Positions 1 through 8,688 of a stretch of 27,177 nt of DNA are shown here, in pieces; position 1 is the first letter of the stretch, and every line of letters begins with the position of its first letter. The notes beneath the pieces are model-generated. The model did not search any database, had not been told where the DNA came from, and was given only the letters and a program-made list of their open reading frames with translations. The stretch is from an uncultured archaeon (GTDB lineage Archaea; Asgardarchaeota; Thorarchaeia; Thorarchaeales; Thorarchaeaceae): positions 14,343-41,519 of the forward strand of contig CAZVZC010000014.1 in the NCBI GenBank assembly GCA_964631415.1, in the 5' to 3' direction. The translations under genes were made by a program, and so were the position numbers.

Positions 1-731
1 TGACCAGTCCGACCACGGCCTTCACTGTAGCCTTCGCGGTCATGCCGACCACGGCCTTCACTGTAGCCTTCGCGGTCACGGCCAGTGCGACCCTCGTCGT
101 ACCGGCGCTCATCAAATGACCTTCTCTTCGGCGCGAGGTCAGGACGCGGCTCTAGACCGAATCTCTGACCATAGTCAGTTGCGACCTCACGAGTTTCTCG
201 ATTCTCGCAACTCAGGCATACCAGGTTGTTGTGAGTAGTGAGAGTGAGCGGGCCACCGCACTTCGAGCATTTGCCGAGCAGGACGCCCAAGTTGGGCCCA
301 ACAAGCGTCAGCTGGACTGGTATTGAATGTGTGTTCATTGCCATCCCACGTATGATGTCGCCAAGTCTGATCTCGTCGTGCATTGACTTGACGTATCGGC
401 GGGTCACGTTGCTTATGTGTATCTCACCAATAAAGGGGCTATGAACATCCACGTCGTTGCGTTTCACTAGACTGACCTCTGCCCGCTGCTCATACACGTT
501 CGCGACCTCACCTACTAGGATATCGCCTTTGACTGGGAGCGCGATCCTTGTGGTTCCACCATGGTCGAGAACCTTTACACTGCGGTCTTTCAGATCGATA
601 TGGACACCTCCGGACGCAGCGGCATAGACAATTCCCTCTTTCTCATAAGTGCCGTCGCTGGGCGACAGCTCCTCAATGACACATAAGCGGTCTCCTGGAA
701 CAACGATATCGCCGCTCTTCACATCAGCCAT
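1..731 (-). CDS. csl4: Exosome complex component Csl4 (3'-partial; runs off window start) with low-complexity C-terminal extension
   Basis: Absent from the ORF track because it has no stop in the window. Manual translation from ATG at 731 gives MADVKSGDIVVPGDRLCVIEE...PVKGDILVGEV (S1 domain)...LGVLLGKCSKCG...LVCLSCENRETREVA (Zn ribbon), then an R/G/D/E-rich tail. It overlaps the stop of the upstream methylase. Confidence 0.92.
   Translation of the reverse strand, partial: MADVKSGDIVVPGDRLCVIEELSPSDGTYEKEGIVYAAASGGVHIDLKDRSVKVLDHGGTTRIALPVKGDILVGEVANVYEQRAEVSLVKRNDVDVHSPFIGEIHISNVTRRYVKSMHDEIRLGDIIRGMAMNTHSIPVQLTLVGPNLGVLLGKCSKCGGPLTLTTHNNLVCLSCENRETREVATDYGQRFGLEPRPDLAPKRRSFDERRYDEGRTGRDREGYSEGRGRHDREGYSEGRGRTG
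9..78. repeat. Coding tandem repeat, 36-bp period (34 bp identical, 2 copies)
   Basis: ccgaccacggccttcactgtagccttcgcggtca at 9-42 and 45-78; encodes DREGYSEGRGR(H/T) on the minus strand. Confidence 0.95.
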
Positions 732-1362
732 TCTGGTCACACTCTCTTCTACATATGCGGTAGAGGTCAACACCGACTAGGTGTTTCTCCTTCTTGTGGA
801 AGTCGTAGATTCTCGGTATTGGAAACTCGAATGTTTCAATCTGTGTCACCACTGCTCCGAGTTCCTCTATCGCTTCCTTCAGGAAGACACGATTCTTCTC
901 GATTGCGAGATGCATGCTATATATCACACCCGCAATCGATACTGCCTTCCTCAGGAACTTCAGGTCCGCCCCTCTCTTCTTTACCCCGAAGGGCGGGTTG
1001 CTCACCACAGTGTCAATGGATCCTCTCAGTTCTAAGGAGGATACATCTCCTAGGACCCAGTCTGTCGTGCCTTCTGTCCCGAGCAAGGCTGAGTTTCTTT
1101 GAGAGACCTTTAAGGCTTTGGTTTGAACGTCGATTCCTACCACTCGCTTTGCTCCAAGCATAGCAGCTCCGATGGCAAACACACCGTCCCCGCACCCAAG
1201 GTCGAACACTGTTTTGTTGGCTATGTCACCGTGTTCCATCTGGGCCGCGAAGAGTACGGCAGCAGCTACTGAGGGTGGTGTAGGATAACTTTCGAGGTTG
1301 ACGTCACGTTCGCTAAGCCGCTCAATGGACTGCAGAGCAATCTCTAGATCCCTCAGCCGCAA
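724..1362 (-). CDS. METTL5-like SAM-dependent N6-adenine RNA methyltransferase (COG2263)
   Basis: LESYPTP, DLGCGDG (motif I) and NPPFG (motif IV). GGTGA SD-like motif upstream of the TTG. Usual archaeal neighbour of csl4. Confidence 0.9.
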   Translation of the reverse strand: MRLRDLEIALQSIERLSERDVNLESYPTPPSVAAAVLFAAQMEHGDIANKTVFDLGCGDGVFAIGAAMLGAKRVVGIDVQTKALKVSQRNSALLGTEGTTDWVLGDVSSLELRGSIDTVVSNPPFGVKKRGADLKFLRKAVSIAGVIYSMHLAIEKNRVFLKEAIEELGAVVTQIETFEFPIPRIYDFHKKEKHLVGVDLYRICRRECDQNG

Positions 1363-1763
1363 TCACTTTCACCATCCAGCCCAAGGGAAGGGTTGCATGA
1401 GACTGAGAGATGCCCCATTCTCTTCTGCTTCGATTGATCGGAGGACCGCCATGCTGCAGCAGTTGGGACTCCCTCATATCGATACCGACAGTCGTGCAAT
1501 GTGATGCTTGGTTCCATGGCGGACCGGGAATATGATGGCCCCGGTCCCCATTTAAGCCCGCGTTTCTGTGAGCATCAGGCTCCAAGTATTGTCTGTTCGG
1601 AGTGTTTGGCCATCTACTCCAACGGTATGCTTGACCAATCTTGCGTTCGATTGACGACATAGTATCCCTCCATGTAATACGTAGCCTTATCTCTTCCACA
1701 CGCTCCATATGTTCCATCCGCAACATTGCAATGTACCCCGTCTTCGTATGGAGCTGAAGAACC

Positions 1764-3035
1764 TTGGAGAAGCCTTTGGACAAGCTGTTTGACAAGTTCC
1801 TGCAGGGTCAGGGCATCTTTAGGAAGAGGAGTGCTCTGAGACCAACTTATGTCCCTGACAAGATTCCCTATCGCGACGAGCAAATGAGGAGGATAGGTTC
1901 CATTCTGGGACCGGCACTACGGGGAGCACCACCATCGAACATATTGTGTTATGGGAAAACGGGTACTGGAAAGACTGTCGTTGCCCGATACGTCCTATCA
2001 CTGCTTGTTGAGAAGGCGGAGCAGAGTGGCATCAGATCACCGCTCACACCGTATGTAAACTGCCGGATTGTCGGAACCAACTATCGTGTGTTGAAACGCC
2101 TCTGCGACCAGATTGATGCAACGATGCCTGACGGTTCGGAGGTCCCATTCACAGGTCTGCCGACAGACGAGATTAGAGACCTGTTGAAGAGGAAGCTCGA
2201 CTCTGAGCCCAACATACTGACTGTTGTTCTCGACGAGGTGGACAGCTTGTTGAAGCGCGATGTGACCCAAGGCAATGACATTCTCTACGGTCTCACGCGG
2301 ATGAACAGTGAATTGGAGAAAAGCAAGATATCTATAATCGGTATAAGCAACGACCTGAAGTTCAAGGAGATGCTGGATCCGCGTGTCTTGAGTACTCTCG
2401 GAGAAGAGGAGGTCATATTTCCGCCATACAATGCAGTCGAACTGAAAGGGATTCTGCAACAGAGAGTGCAAATAGCTTTCAATGATGGAGCCATCGAGGA
2501 TGAGGGAGTGATAAACCTGGTAGGGGCGTTGGCTGCACAGGAACACGGCGATGCACGAAGAGCACTAGATCTTCTGAGAACCGCTGGAGAGCTTGCAGAA
2601 CGTAGAGGAGACGACAAGGTAACTCAAGAACATGTCCGAGAAGCTCAGAAGATAATAGAGCGGGATACAATCACTGAAGCGATAAAGACCCTGCCGATGC
2701 AGTCGAAGGCTCTCCTGTTCGCAGTATATGTACTGGCCGACAAAGGCCAGCGAGACATATTCACAGGAGAGTGTTTCAATGTCTACTCCGACATAGCAAA
2801 GGCGCTCTCCCTAGACACTCTGACACAACGAAGGATTAGCGACCTCATAAGTGAGCTTGACATGCTCGGGCTCATCAACACAACCGTGGTTTCGAAGGGG
2901 CGCTATGGTCGTACCAAGAAGATAAGGCTGGCAGTCGGCAAAAAGCACATCGAAAGCATCCTAGACTCCGACCCTCGACTGAGCAAGATAGCAGGAGAAT
3001 TGCTTGGACAATCACGGGGAGCATTGTCAGAGTAG
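1764..3035 (+). CDS. cdc6: Orc1/Cdc6 replication initiator
   Basis: Walker A GKTGTGKT, Walker B VLDEVD, GDARRALDLLR and a winged-helix C-terminus (LTQRRISDLISELDMLG...GRYGRT). Confidence 0.97.
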   Translation: MEKPLDKLFDKFLQGQGIFRKRSALRPTYVPDKIPYRDEQMRRIGSILGPALRGAPPSNILCYGKTGTGKTVVARYVLSLLVEKAEQSGIRSPLTPYVNCRIVGTNYRVLKRLCDQIDATMPDGSEVPFTGLPTDEIRDLLKRKLDSEPNILTVVLDEVDSLLKRDVTQGNDILYGLTRMNSELEKSKISIIGISNDLKFKEMLDPRVLSTLGEEEVIFPPYNAVELKGILQQRVQIAFNDGAIEDEGVINLVGALAAQEHGDARRALDLLRTAGELAERRGDDKVTQEHVREAQKIIERDTITEAIKTLPMQSKALLFAVYVLADKGQRDIFTGECFNVYSDIAKALSLDTLTQRRISDLISELDMLGLINTTVVSKGRYGRTKKIRLAVGKKHIESILDSDPRLSKIAGELLGQSRGALSE

Positions 3036-3057
3036 AGCCAAGAGTACCGTTCATTGT

Positions 3058-3225
3058 AAGTTGGACAAAGTTGGACACAGGAGTCTTTGCCCTCCCAGAA
3101 ACGGCACCGGGGCTGTACTCCTTGAGAACAGCCTGTACTCCGCCAACTTCGGAGATCGAGAGAACCAAGAAACACTTAGCTCGAATCTGAAAGTGTCCAA
3201 GACTGCCCAGCCTATGAACAGCTGT
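3058..3225 (-). repeat. ~168-bp dispersed intergenic repeat, copy A (inverted relative to copies B and C)
   Basis: The reverse complement is collinear with 27010-27177; 62/67 identity over 3058-3124 vs 27111-27177. Confidence 0.9.
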
Positions 3226-3234
3226 CGAGCACAC

Positions 3235-4890
3235 TCATGAGCTATGTGTATCACCAGTCGACTGATCCTCAAAGCTGTAGAAGAGCTTGAGCTCCGGAGA
3301 GAAGGTTCTGAGGTTCAGTAGTGTCACTATGCCTGGTGTTGGCTTGATGCCTTGTTTCTTCATGAACTCGGTCTGCCTCTGGAAGCAGCCTGAATTGATG
3401 ATTTGCACTTGCCGGTAGCTATCACATACGTTGTGATGAGCGTGGCCAAAATGCACTATGTCTGGCGGTGTGTCAATAACCATCCAGTCACGAGCCAGTG
3501 GGGCCAGCTCCGTCTTGCCACCATAGACTGGAGCAAGGTGTCTTTTCTGCAAGAGAGCCTTCATGGCCAGATCCGGTTTCTCGTAGGACACACCGGGCAA
3601 TTGCGTTGTCAGGTCATCCAAGGAGTCCCCATGTGTGATCAGAATGTTGACCCCCTCCACACGAAGATGACACGGGTCGCCCATCATCAGTAGCCTTTCG
3701 CCAAGGTCGTATAGCGGTTTGGCAAACTCGATGGGAATAGGGGGTCTAGGTAATGCCTGCCTAGACGCATCGTGATTGCCAGGTATGCAGACTATCTTAA
3801 TGCGTTCTGGTACATCACGCAGCTTGCGCGCAACACATGCGTACTGCTCAGCAATGTCTGGTAAGCGGAGGTCATCCTGCTGACTAGGATAGACACCGAC
3901 ACCATCGCACAGATCTCCCGCAATGAACAGATACTCGATATGATCGACGATACTGCGTTCGGTACTATCTAGGTCGTGCCCACTAATCCAGCTGATGAAC
4001 CTATCGAACTCATCTTCTAGGAAGTGATAGCTCCCGCAATGTAAGTCTGAGATGAATGCGGCGTAGACGTCCCTTTTGGCACGACCAATGTCACGTGGTA
4101 TTGGGACGTCCGGAAAGGTCACTCTGTCGGCAATCATCCGGCCGGGCTGGTCAATACGACCTGAAACACATATGACCTCATCCAAGAGTATGGAGTTGCC
4201 GCTCTCTAGGAGCTTCCGACCATCCGACCCTTCTCTCGACCCCGGAATCACACATTTAATAGACCCTTCGAAATCCTCAAAATCAATTGTCATGTTGCCC
4301 TGACGCGAAACTCTCTTGTCCCTGACCATGCCAATCACAGTGTAGCTGGGAACTGGCTCGGAGAACTCACCTGCAAGGTCAGGCGTCCTCCTGCGACGTA
4401 CGCCAATCTTCTTCTGCTTCAGTGCCTCGATTGACACCGCGTTGTGAGTGTCCACCCGACCCATGTACATCTTCTTTATGCGTTGAAATCTGTCTCTGAA
4501 TAGAGCAAGAAAGTCGTCTACTGTGCCGGCAGACCCCACCATGGAAGCGGCGGGGTTCTTGAGCACCTGAATCGAGTGCATGCCGTCTGTGTCTGGCGCA
4601 GGCGGCGCAGCGGCATCTGATGCGGCCGATGGACCAGAATCTGGTTCCGATATAAGAACCAAGGGGGCTTGATCGTTGATGCTTTCTGAAGCTGCCTTAT
4701 CGACGCAGGATTGCACGTATTCACGAGTCAGCACAACCGGACTGCTGGCTGAACCCAGGCTTTGTATAATGAAGTCTGCAACCTCAAGTGGTGAATCAAT
4801 AGTCAGAAGATAGTCTAGTGCATCTGGTGTGACCTGAAGTCCTGCCCGGATGAGCCTTTCCAGAACCGAACGACGAACTGCCGAGGTCAC
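3235..4890 (-). CDS. polB: DNA polymerase D small subunit DP1 (proofreading exonuclease)
   Basis: OB-fold followed by calcineurin-like phosphoesterase motifs SDLHCG, AGDLCDG, PGNHD, THGDS and FGHAH; ends with IKPTPG. Confidence 0.95.
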   Translation of the reverse strand: MTSAVRRSVLERLIRAGLQVTPDALDYLLTIDSPLEVADFIIQSLGSASSPVVLTREYVQSCVDKAASESINDQAPLVLISEPDSGPSAASDAAAPPAPDTDGMHSIQVLKNPAASMVGSAGTVDDFLALFRDRFQRIKKMYMGRVDTHNAVSIEALKQKKIGVRRRRTPDLAGEFSEPVPSYTVIGMVRDKRVSRQGNMTIDFEDFEGSIKCVIPGSREGSDGRKLLESGNSILLDEVICVSGRIDQPGRMIADRVTFPDVPIPRDIGRAKRDVYAAFISDLHCGSYHFLEDEFDRFISWISGHDLDSTERSIVDHIEYLFIAGDLCDGVGVYPSQQDDLRLPDIAEQYACVARKLRDVPERIKIVCIPGNHDASRQALPRPPIPIEFAKPLYDLGERLLMMGDPCHLRVEGVNILITHGDSLDDLTTQLPGVSYEKPDLAMKALLQKRHLAPVYGGKTELAPLARDWMVIDTPPDIVHFGHAHHNVCDSYRQVQIINSGCFQRQTEFMKKQGIKPTPGIVTLLNLRTFSPELKLFYSFEDQSTGDTHSS

Positions 4891-5048
4891 TTCGCCACCA
4901 AATGAACAGAGTTCGGACTAGTTTTAAACATTCCAAGATGACAAATGCCACGCCGACTGCCACTTTGCAGCGTACTGCTGCGGGAAGTGTAATAAGGCTA
5001 AGACCCTTACTTTGCCCAAGACCATCGAGTCTGGTTGGGACAAGAACA

Positions 5049-6029
5049 ATGCCATATGACGTCAGAAAGCTGCAGCAGACTGGAGGGAAAGAGGGCAGTT
5101 CTTTTCTAATCATATTGCCGAAAGAATGGATACTCCGACACAAGCTCGGGAAGGGGGATCCGGTTGTTGTCGCTGAACGTGAAGATGGCTGCCTCATCGT
5201 AGATCCCAGATTCCCAAGAGTTGGTGAGACCAAATCTACATCGATTGACATAGCTCAGAACCTGCGTTGGTCCATAACCAGTACGTACCTACTGGGATTC
5301 GATGAGATTCGGGTGACAAGCGACAAGCCCATCACAAACACTCAAAGAGAGGACCTGAGAAGAGTCATCAAGCGTTTTGTGGGACTGGAGGTCACCGACG
5401 AGGATGACAATCAAGTTGTCATCCAATGCCTTGTGGACCCTTTCACGCTCCCGGTTCGTAAGGCAATGCGAAGGATGAACTTGGTGGCGTCCAGAATGCT
5501 CAGCGATGCACTTGATGCGTACTTTGCTGGACTAAAGGATTTGGCAGATGATGTGGTCCAGCGTGATGAGGAAGTGGATCGGCTCTTCTTTCTGATAGTT
5601 CGCGAACTGAGATCGGCCATACAGTACCCAAGTATGTCTGAAAAGATGAGCATCCAGCCTGTAGAGGCACTTGACTTCCGACTGGCCGCTCAATATATTG
5701 AAAGAATCGCAGACCTAGCAGTTGACATTGCATCTCGGGCCAGCGAAGCTCTCGACGCAACGCTCACTGGAAAGATCGCACCAATAGCGTCAGTAGTCAA
5801 GGAGATGCTCTCGATGGCAGTGGCGAACCTGTTCAGATTCGATCCTGACAAGGTTGCATGGGTCATATCGGCAGAAGCAAAGCTGATTACGGACACAGCA
5901 TCTCTAAGACATGACATAATTGGAAGCCGAAATAAGGAGCCCCAGACTCATCTCTATGTTGTGGACAGTCTGTTGAGAATTGGTGAAACTGCAAAGGACA
6001 TAGCAGATCTTGCACTGCCGCAAGGCTAA
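5049..6029 (+). CDS. phoU: PhoU-family regulator with N-terminal AbrB/MazE-like domain
   Basis: RKLQQTGG..SFLIILPKEW (AbrB), DEEVDRLFFL and YIERIADLA (PhoU). ATG 5049 is preferred over 4902. Confidence 0.85.
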   Translation: MPYDVRKLQQTGGKEGSSFLIILPKEWILRHKLGKGDPVVVAEREDGCLIVDPRFPRVGETKSTSIDIAQNLRWSITSTYLLGFDEIRVTSDKPITNTQREDLRRVIKRFVGLEVTDEDDNQVVIQCLVDPFTLPVRKAMRRMNLVASRMLSDALDAYFAGLKDLADDVVQRDEEVDRLFFLIVRELRSAIQYPSMSEKMSIQPVEALDFRLAAQYIERIADLAVDIASRASEALDATLTGKIAPIASVVKEMLSMAVANLFRFDPDKVAWVISAEAKLITDTASLRHDIIGSRNKEPQTHLYVVDSLLRIGETAKDIADLALPQG

Positions 6030-6042
6030 GGAGGAGCCGACC

Positions 6043-7431
6043 TTGGCACAGAAGTTGTTCGGGACTAGTGGAATCCGTGGTGGCATCAGTGATAAGGTCA
6101 CTGTGGACCTAGCGCTTGATCTTGGCCGTGCCCTCGGAACCTTCCTCAGTGGTGGCAGTACTGTGGCAGTTGGTACGGACGCTAGGACATCGAGAATGGC
6201 TTTGAAGAATGCCTTCCTTGCAGGACTCATGTCAACAGGCGTTAACGCATTAGACATCTCGATTGCACCAATGCCAGCCGTCGCCTCTCAGAGCATAGTC
6301 AGTGGGCGGTCCGCTTCTGTGATAGTCACTGCAAGCCACAATCCGCCCACGGACAACGGGTTCAAGTTCTTCGTAGGCGGACGGGAGATGGTGAAGTCTG
6401 AGGAGGCAGCTCTAGAGAAACACGTTTCCACCAGAGCATTTCGTGTTGCCAGCTGGAGGGATGTCGGGAAAGTAGCACAAGAAGATATCAGGTCTGCCTA
6501 TCTTGAACGAGTCAGGCGGTTCCTTCTGAGCAGAGGCCAAGCCGCAGACGGAATGCGGGTTTTGATAGACTCTGCAAATGGTGCGGCCACGGAATACACT
6601 CCTACTCTTCTTGGGAAACTTGGTTTCCGGGTGACAACGATGAACTCACATCATGATGGTCACTTCCCCGGGAGACTGCCTGAACCGTCACCAAGCAATC
6701 TGGCTGACACTATGAAGGTCAGCGCCAAGTCTGACGCTGCTGTGACTCTGTGTCACGATGGTGATGGGGACCGACTTGCGGTCATTGACGAGAGAGGCCG
6801 TTTTGTAGACCAGAATAGAATCATAGCTCTGTTCGCAAGAGACGAGGTGCGGAGGAGGGGCGGCGGACTGGTTGTCACCTCCATCGACACATCGAGTGTC
6901 ATAGATGAAGTCGTGGAGGCTGCGGGTGGACAGGTCGTGAGGGTTCCGCTTGGCTCACTGCAGGAAAGGCTATCATCGGACAGTCGGAAGGAGATCGTCT
7001 TTGCCTCTGAGCCTTGGAAACCCATATTCACTGACTTGGGTGGTTGGATGGATGGTATCGCGGGCGCCGGGCGACTGGCACAGATGACATTCGATGCCGG
7101 CAATGGCAGCTGCATTCGGCTGATGTCCTCAATACCTGAGTATCCTGTGCTCCGCGACCAAGTGGCTTGTCCAGACGCAATCAAACCCCAATTCATGGCA
7201 AATGTGAGAAAGATGCTGTTATCGAAGGTCAGCAACATTCAGAGGGTGCTTGACATCGATGGAATAAGGGTCGAGTGCAGCGATGGTTCATATATACTAG
7301 TGAGGACCTCGGGGACTGAGCCAAAGGCTCGTGTTTACATAGGTGCGCGGACCCAAGAGTCCTTGGACAAGCTGGCCGAGATTTCTAGAGATGTGATGAA
7401 GAGAGCTCTTGAGGAGAACGGAATGCACTGA
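6043..7431 (+). CDS. Alpha-D-phosphohexomutase superfamily; probable archaeal phosphopentomutase (TK1777-like)
   Basis: FGTSGIRG, TASHNP (phospho-Ser), DGDGDR (metal) and RTSGTEP. The sugar-binding loop reads ASEPWK rather than GEESGH. AGGAGG SD before TTG 6043. Confidence 0.8.
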   Translation: MAQKLFGTSGIRGGISDKVTVDLALDLGRALGTFLSGGSTVAVGTDARTSRMALKNAFLAGLMSTGVNALDISIAPMPAVASQSIVSGRSASVIVTASHNPPTDNGFKFFVGGREMVKSEEAALEKHVSTRAFRVASWRDVGKVAQEDIRSAYLERVRRFLLSRGQAADGMRVLIDSANGAATEYTPTLLGKLGFRVTTMNSHHDGHFPGRLPEPSPSNLADTMKVSAKSDAAVTLCHDGDGDRLAVIDERGRFVDQNRIIALFARDEVRRRGGGLVVTSIDTSSVIDEVVEAAGGQVVRVPLGSLQERLSSDSRKEIVFASEPWKPIFTDLGGWMDGIAGAGRLAQMTFDAGNGSCIRLMSSIPEYPVLRDQVACPDAIKPQFMANVRKMLLSKVSNIQRVLDIDGIRVECSDGSYILVRTSGTEPKARVYIGARTQESLDKLAEISRDVMKRALEENGMH

Positions 7432-7503
7432 CTTCTATTGCTTCCCTACAACCTCGATAGTCCCGGAGTCACTGGCACACGGTTTGCAGTTCTGAGAATC
7501 GTT

Positions 7504-8049
7504 TCAAGGATTAGAGTTTCTGACCAAACCTACAGCCCACGCTCGCACCTTGCCCAGATTGCGGAAGTCCACTACTTCTGGGACCTCATTGCCCTGCATC
7601 TGTTTCTTCACAATACTCCGTACCAGAGTCCGCACAGCGAAGTTATACTTCTTGAAGTCAAAGACCCCGCCAAAAAGCCCTGTTGAAACAACGTTCAGGA
7701 ACGGATATGACGCGGCGATCTTGTCAAGGTACTCAGTCTGAGCCTCCTGACACGTGTCAGGTGAACCAGCAGATCCGCATACGACAAACAGGGCCACCTT
7801 GATCTTGGCTAGAGCATCCGTGTTGTGAGAGATAAAATCGAGCGGCTCCTTTGTCCACCGGCCGGCTTGAATTCCGCTTCCTATGATGACTAGATCATAA
7901 TCATGAAGTGGCCCAGACGGTGGTCCGTTCTTGAGATTGACTAAATCCACTTTGATTCCAAGTTCTTGGATTGCCTTGCTCATCTCTTGGGCTGCCTCTG
8001 CGGTTGAGCCATAGCGCGTGCCATAGCACAGGAGAACTCTCTCGACCAT
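7504..8049 (-). CDS. Flavodoxin-domain protein (HemG/Flavodoxin_5-like)
   Basis: YGTRYGSTAE FMN loop, YDLVIIGSGI, FGG and C-terminal DFRN..VRAW. Confidence 0.85.
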   Translation of the reverse strand: MVERVLLCYGTRYGSTAEAAQEMSKAIQELGIKVDLVNLKNGPPSGPLHDYDLVIIGSGIQAGRWTKEPLDFISHNTDALAKIKVALFVVCGSAGSPDTCQEAQTEYLDKIAASYPFLNVVSTGLFGGVFDFKKYNFAVRTLVRSIVKKQMQGNEVPEVVDFRNLGKVRAWAVGLVRNSNP

Positions 8050-8233
8050 AAGTCGACTCCATCATTTCTCCGTCTTAATAGTTCCGGGATGTGCCACAAG
8101 TTGGGTTTCTCTCTGGCACCCAGTTTCCACTGCAGAATCGTACAATCTGTTCAGCAAGGATTGTTACCCAAGCAATCACGTCTATGTTCCAGTCTAGGAG
8201 GAATTGGCCAGACAGAATCTGAGCATATTCGAG

Positions 8234-8332
8234 TGGCGCCGGGGATGGGATTCGAACCCACGAGCCACTAGGGCAACGGTTCACTCGTGCGTTGATTTCG
8301 AGACCGTCTCCTTTCCGCTGGGACACCCCGGC
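8234..8332 (-). tRNA. tRNA-Ser(CGA) with 15-nt intron at canonical 37/38 (8282-8296); CCA encoded
   Basis: GCCGGGG acceptor stem, ACGGT/ACCGT anticodon stem, long variable arm and GTTCGAATCC T-loop. BHB-like helix CTCG/CGAG with AAA and TGA bulges. Confidence 0.92.
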
Positions 8333-8355
8333 TTCGTGACCGAGTCCTTGTTGCA

Positions 8356-8368
8356 GGAATATAATGTT
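8356..8368 (-). promoter_or_regulatory. TATA-like box for tRNA-Ser
   Basis: cattatat on the minus strand about 27-34 nt upstream of the tRNA 5' end; the same motif precedes tRNA-Leu. Confidence 0.55.
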
Positions 8369-8421
8369 AGTGATTGACTTCGGCAGGTCCGCGTTCCTAG
8401 TCAGTAGTATCCTAGCGATGT

Positions 8422-8543
8422 TGGTGCGGAGGGCGAGATTTGAACTCGCGATTCGGTCTCAGGTTGACAAAGAAGCAGCCTGAGTACACCTACGTGACAG
8501 GATTCTAAGCCCTGCGCCGTTGGCCTAGCTTGGCAACCTCCGC
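8422..8543 (-). tRNA. tRNA-Leu(TAG) with 34-nt non-canonical intron in the variable arm (8452-8485); CCA encoded
   Basis: GCGGAGG acceptor, CAGGG-CTTAGAA-TCCTG anticodon arm and GTTCAAATC T-loop. Removing 8452-8485 gives an 88-nt class II tRNA with a CAC-GTAG-GTG variable hairpin. Confidence 0.9.
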
Positions 8544-8569
8544 GCAGTCGAATCGTAGCAACTGCCCTC

Positions 8570-8586
8570 GATATAATGGTTTTGCA
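8570..8586 (-). promoter_or_regulatory. BRE/TATA promoter for tRNA-Leu
   Basis: gcaaaaaccattatatc on the minus strand about 27-43 nt upstream of the tRNA. Confidence 0.6.
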
Positions 8587-8688
8587 GGTTTGCAGGAACA
8601 GGGAGGCTCCGCGAAGTATGTATCGTCCAGAAGTCAGTCACGGGAAAGCGGCAAAACTCATGGAGCGGGTTCTGTCACTAGGTCGTCA

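Noticed and set aside
1322-1795. 157-aa minus-strand ORF (and a 51-aa ORF ending near 1363) upstream of cdc6
   Set aside because: It overlaps both neighbours and has atypical composition and no motif; the small ORF is also unsupported.
8075-8326. 83-aa ORF and its 60-aa antisense partner
   Set aside because: They overlap tRNA-Ser and are translation artefacts.
8234-8543. tRNA 3' ends as integration (att) sites
   Set aside because: No duplicated tRNA 3' fragment or integrase was seen; flanking genes are housekeeping.
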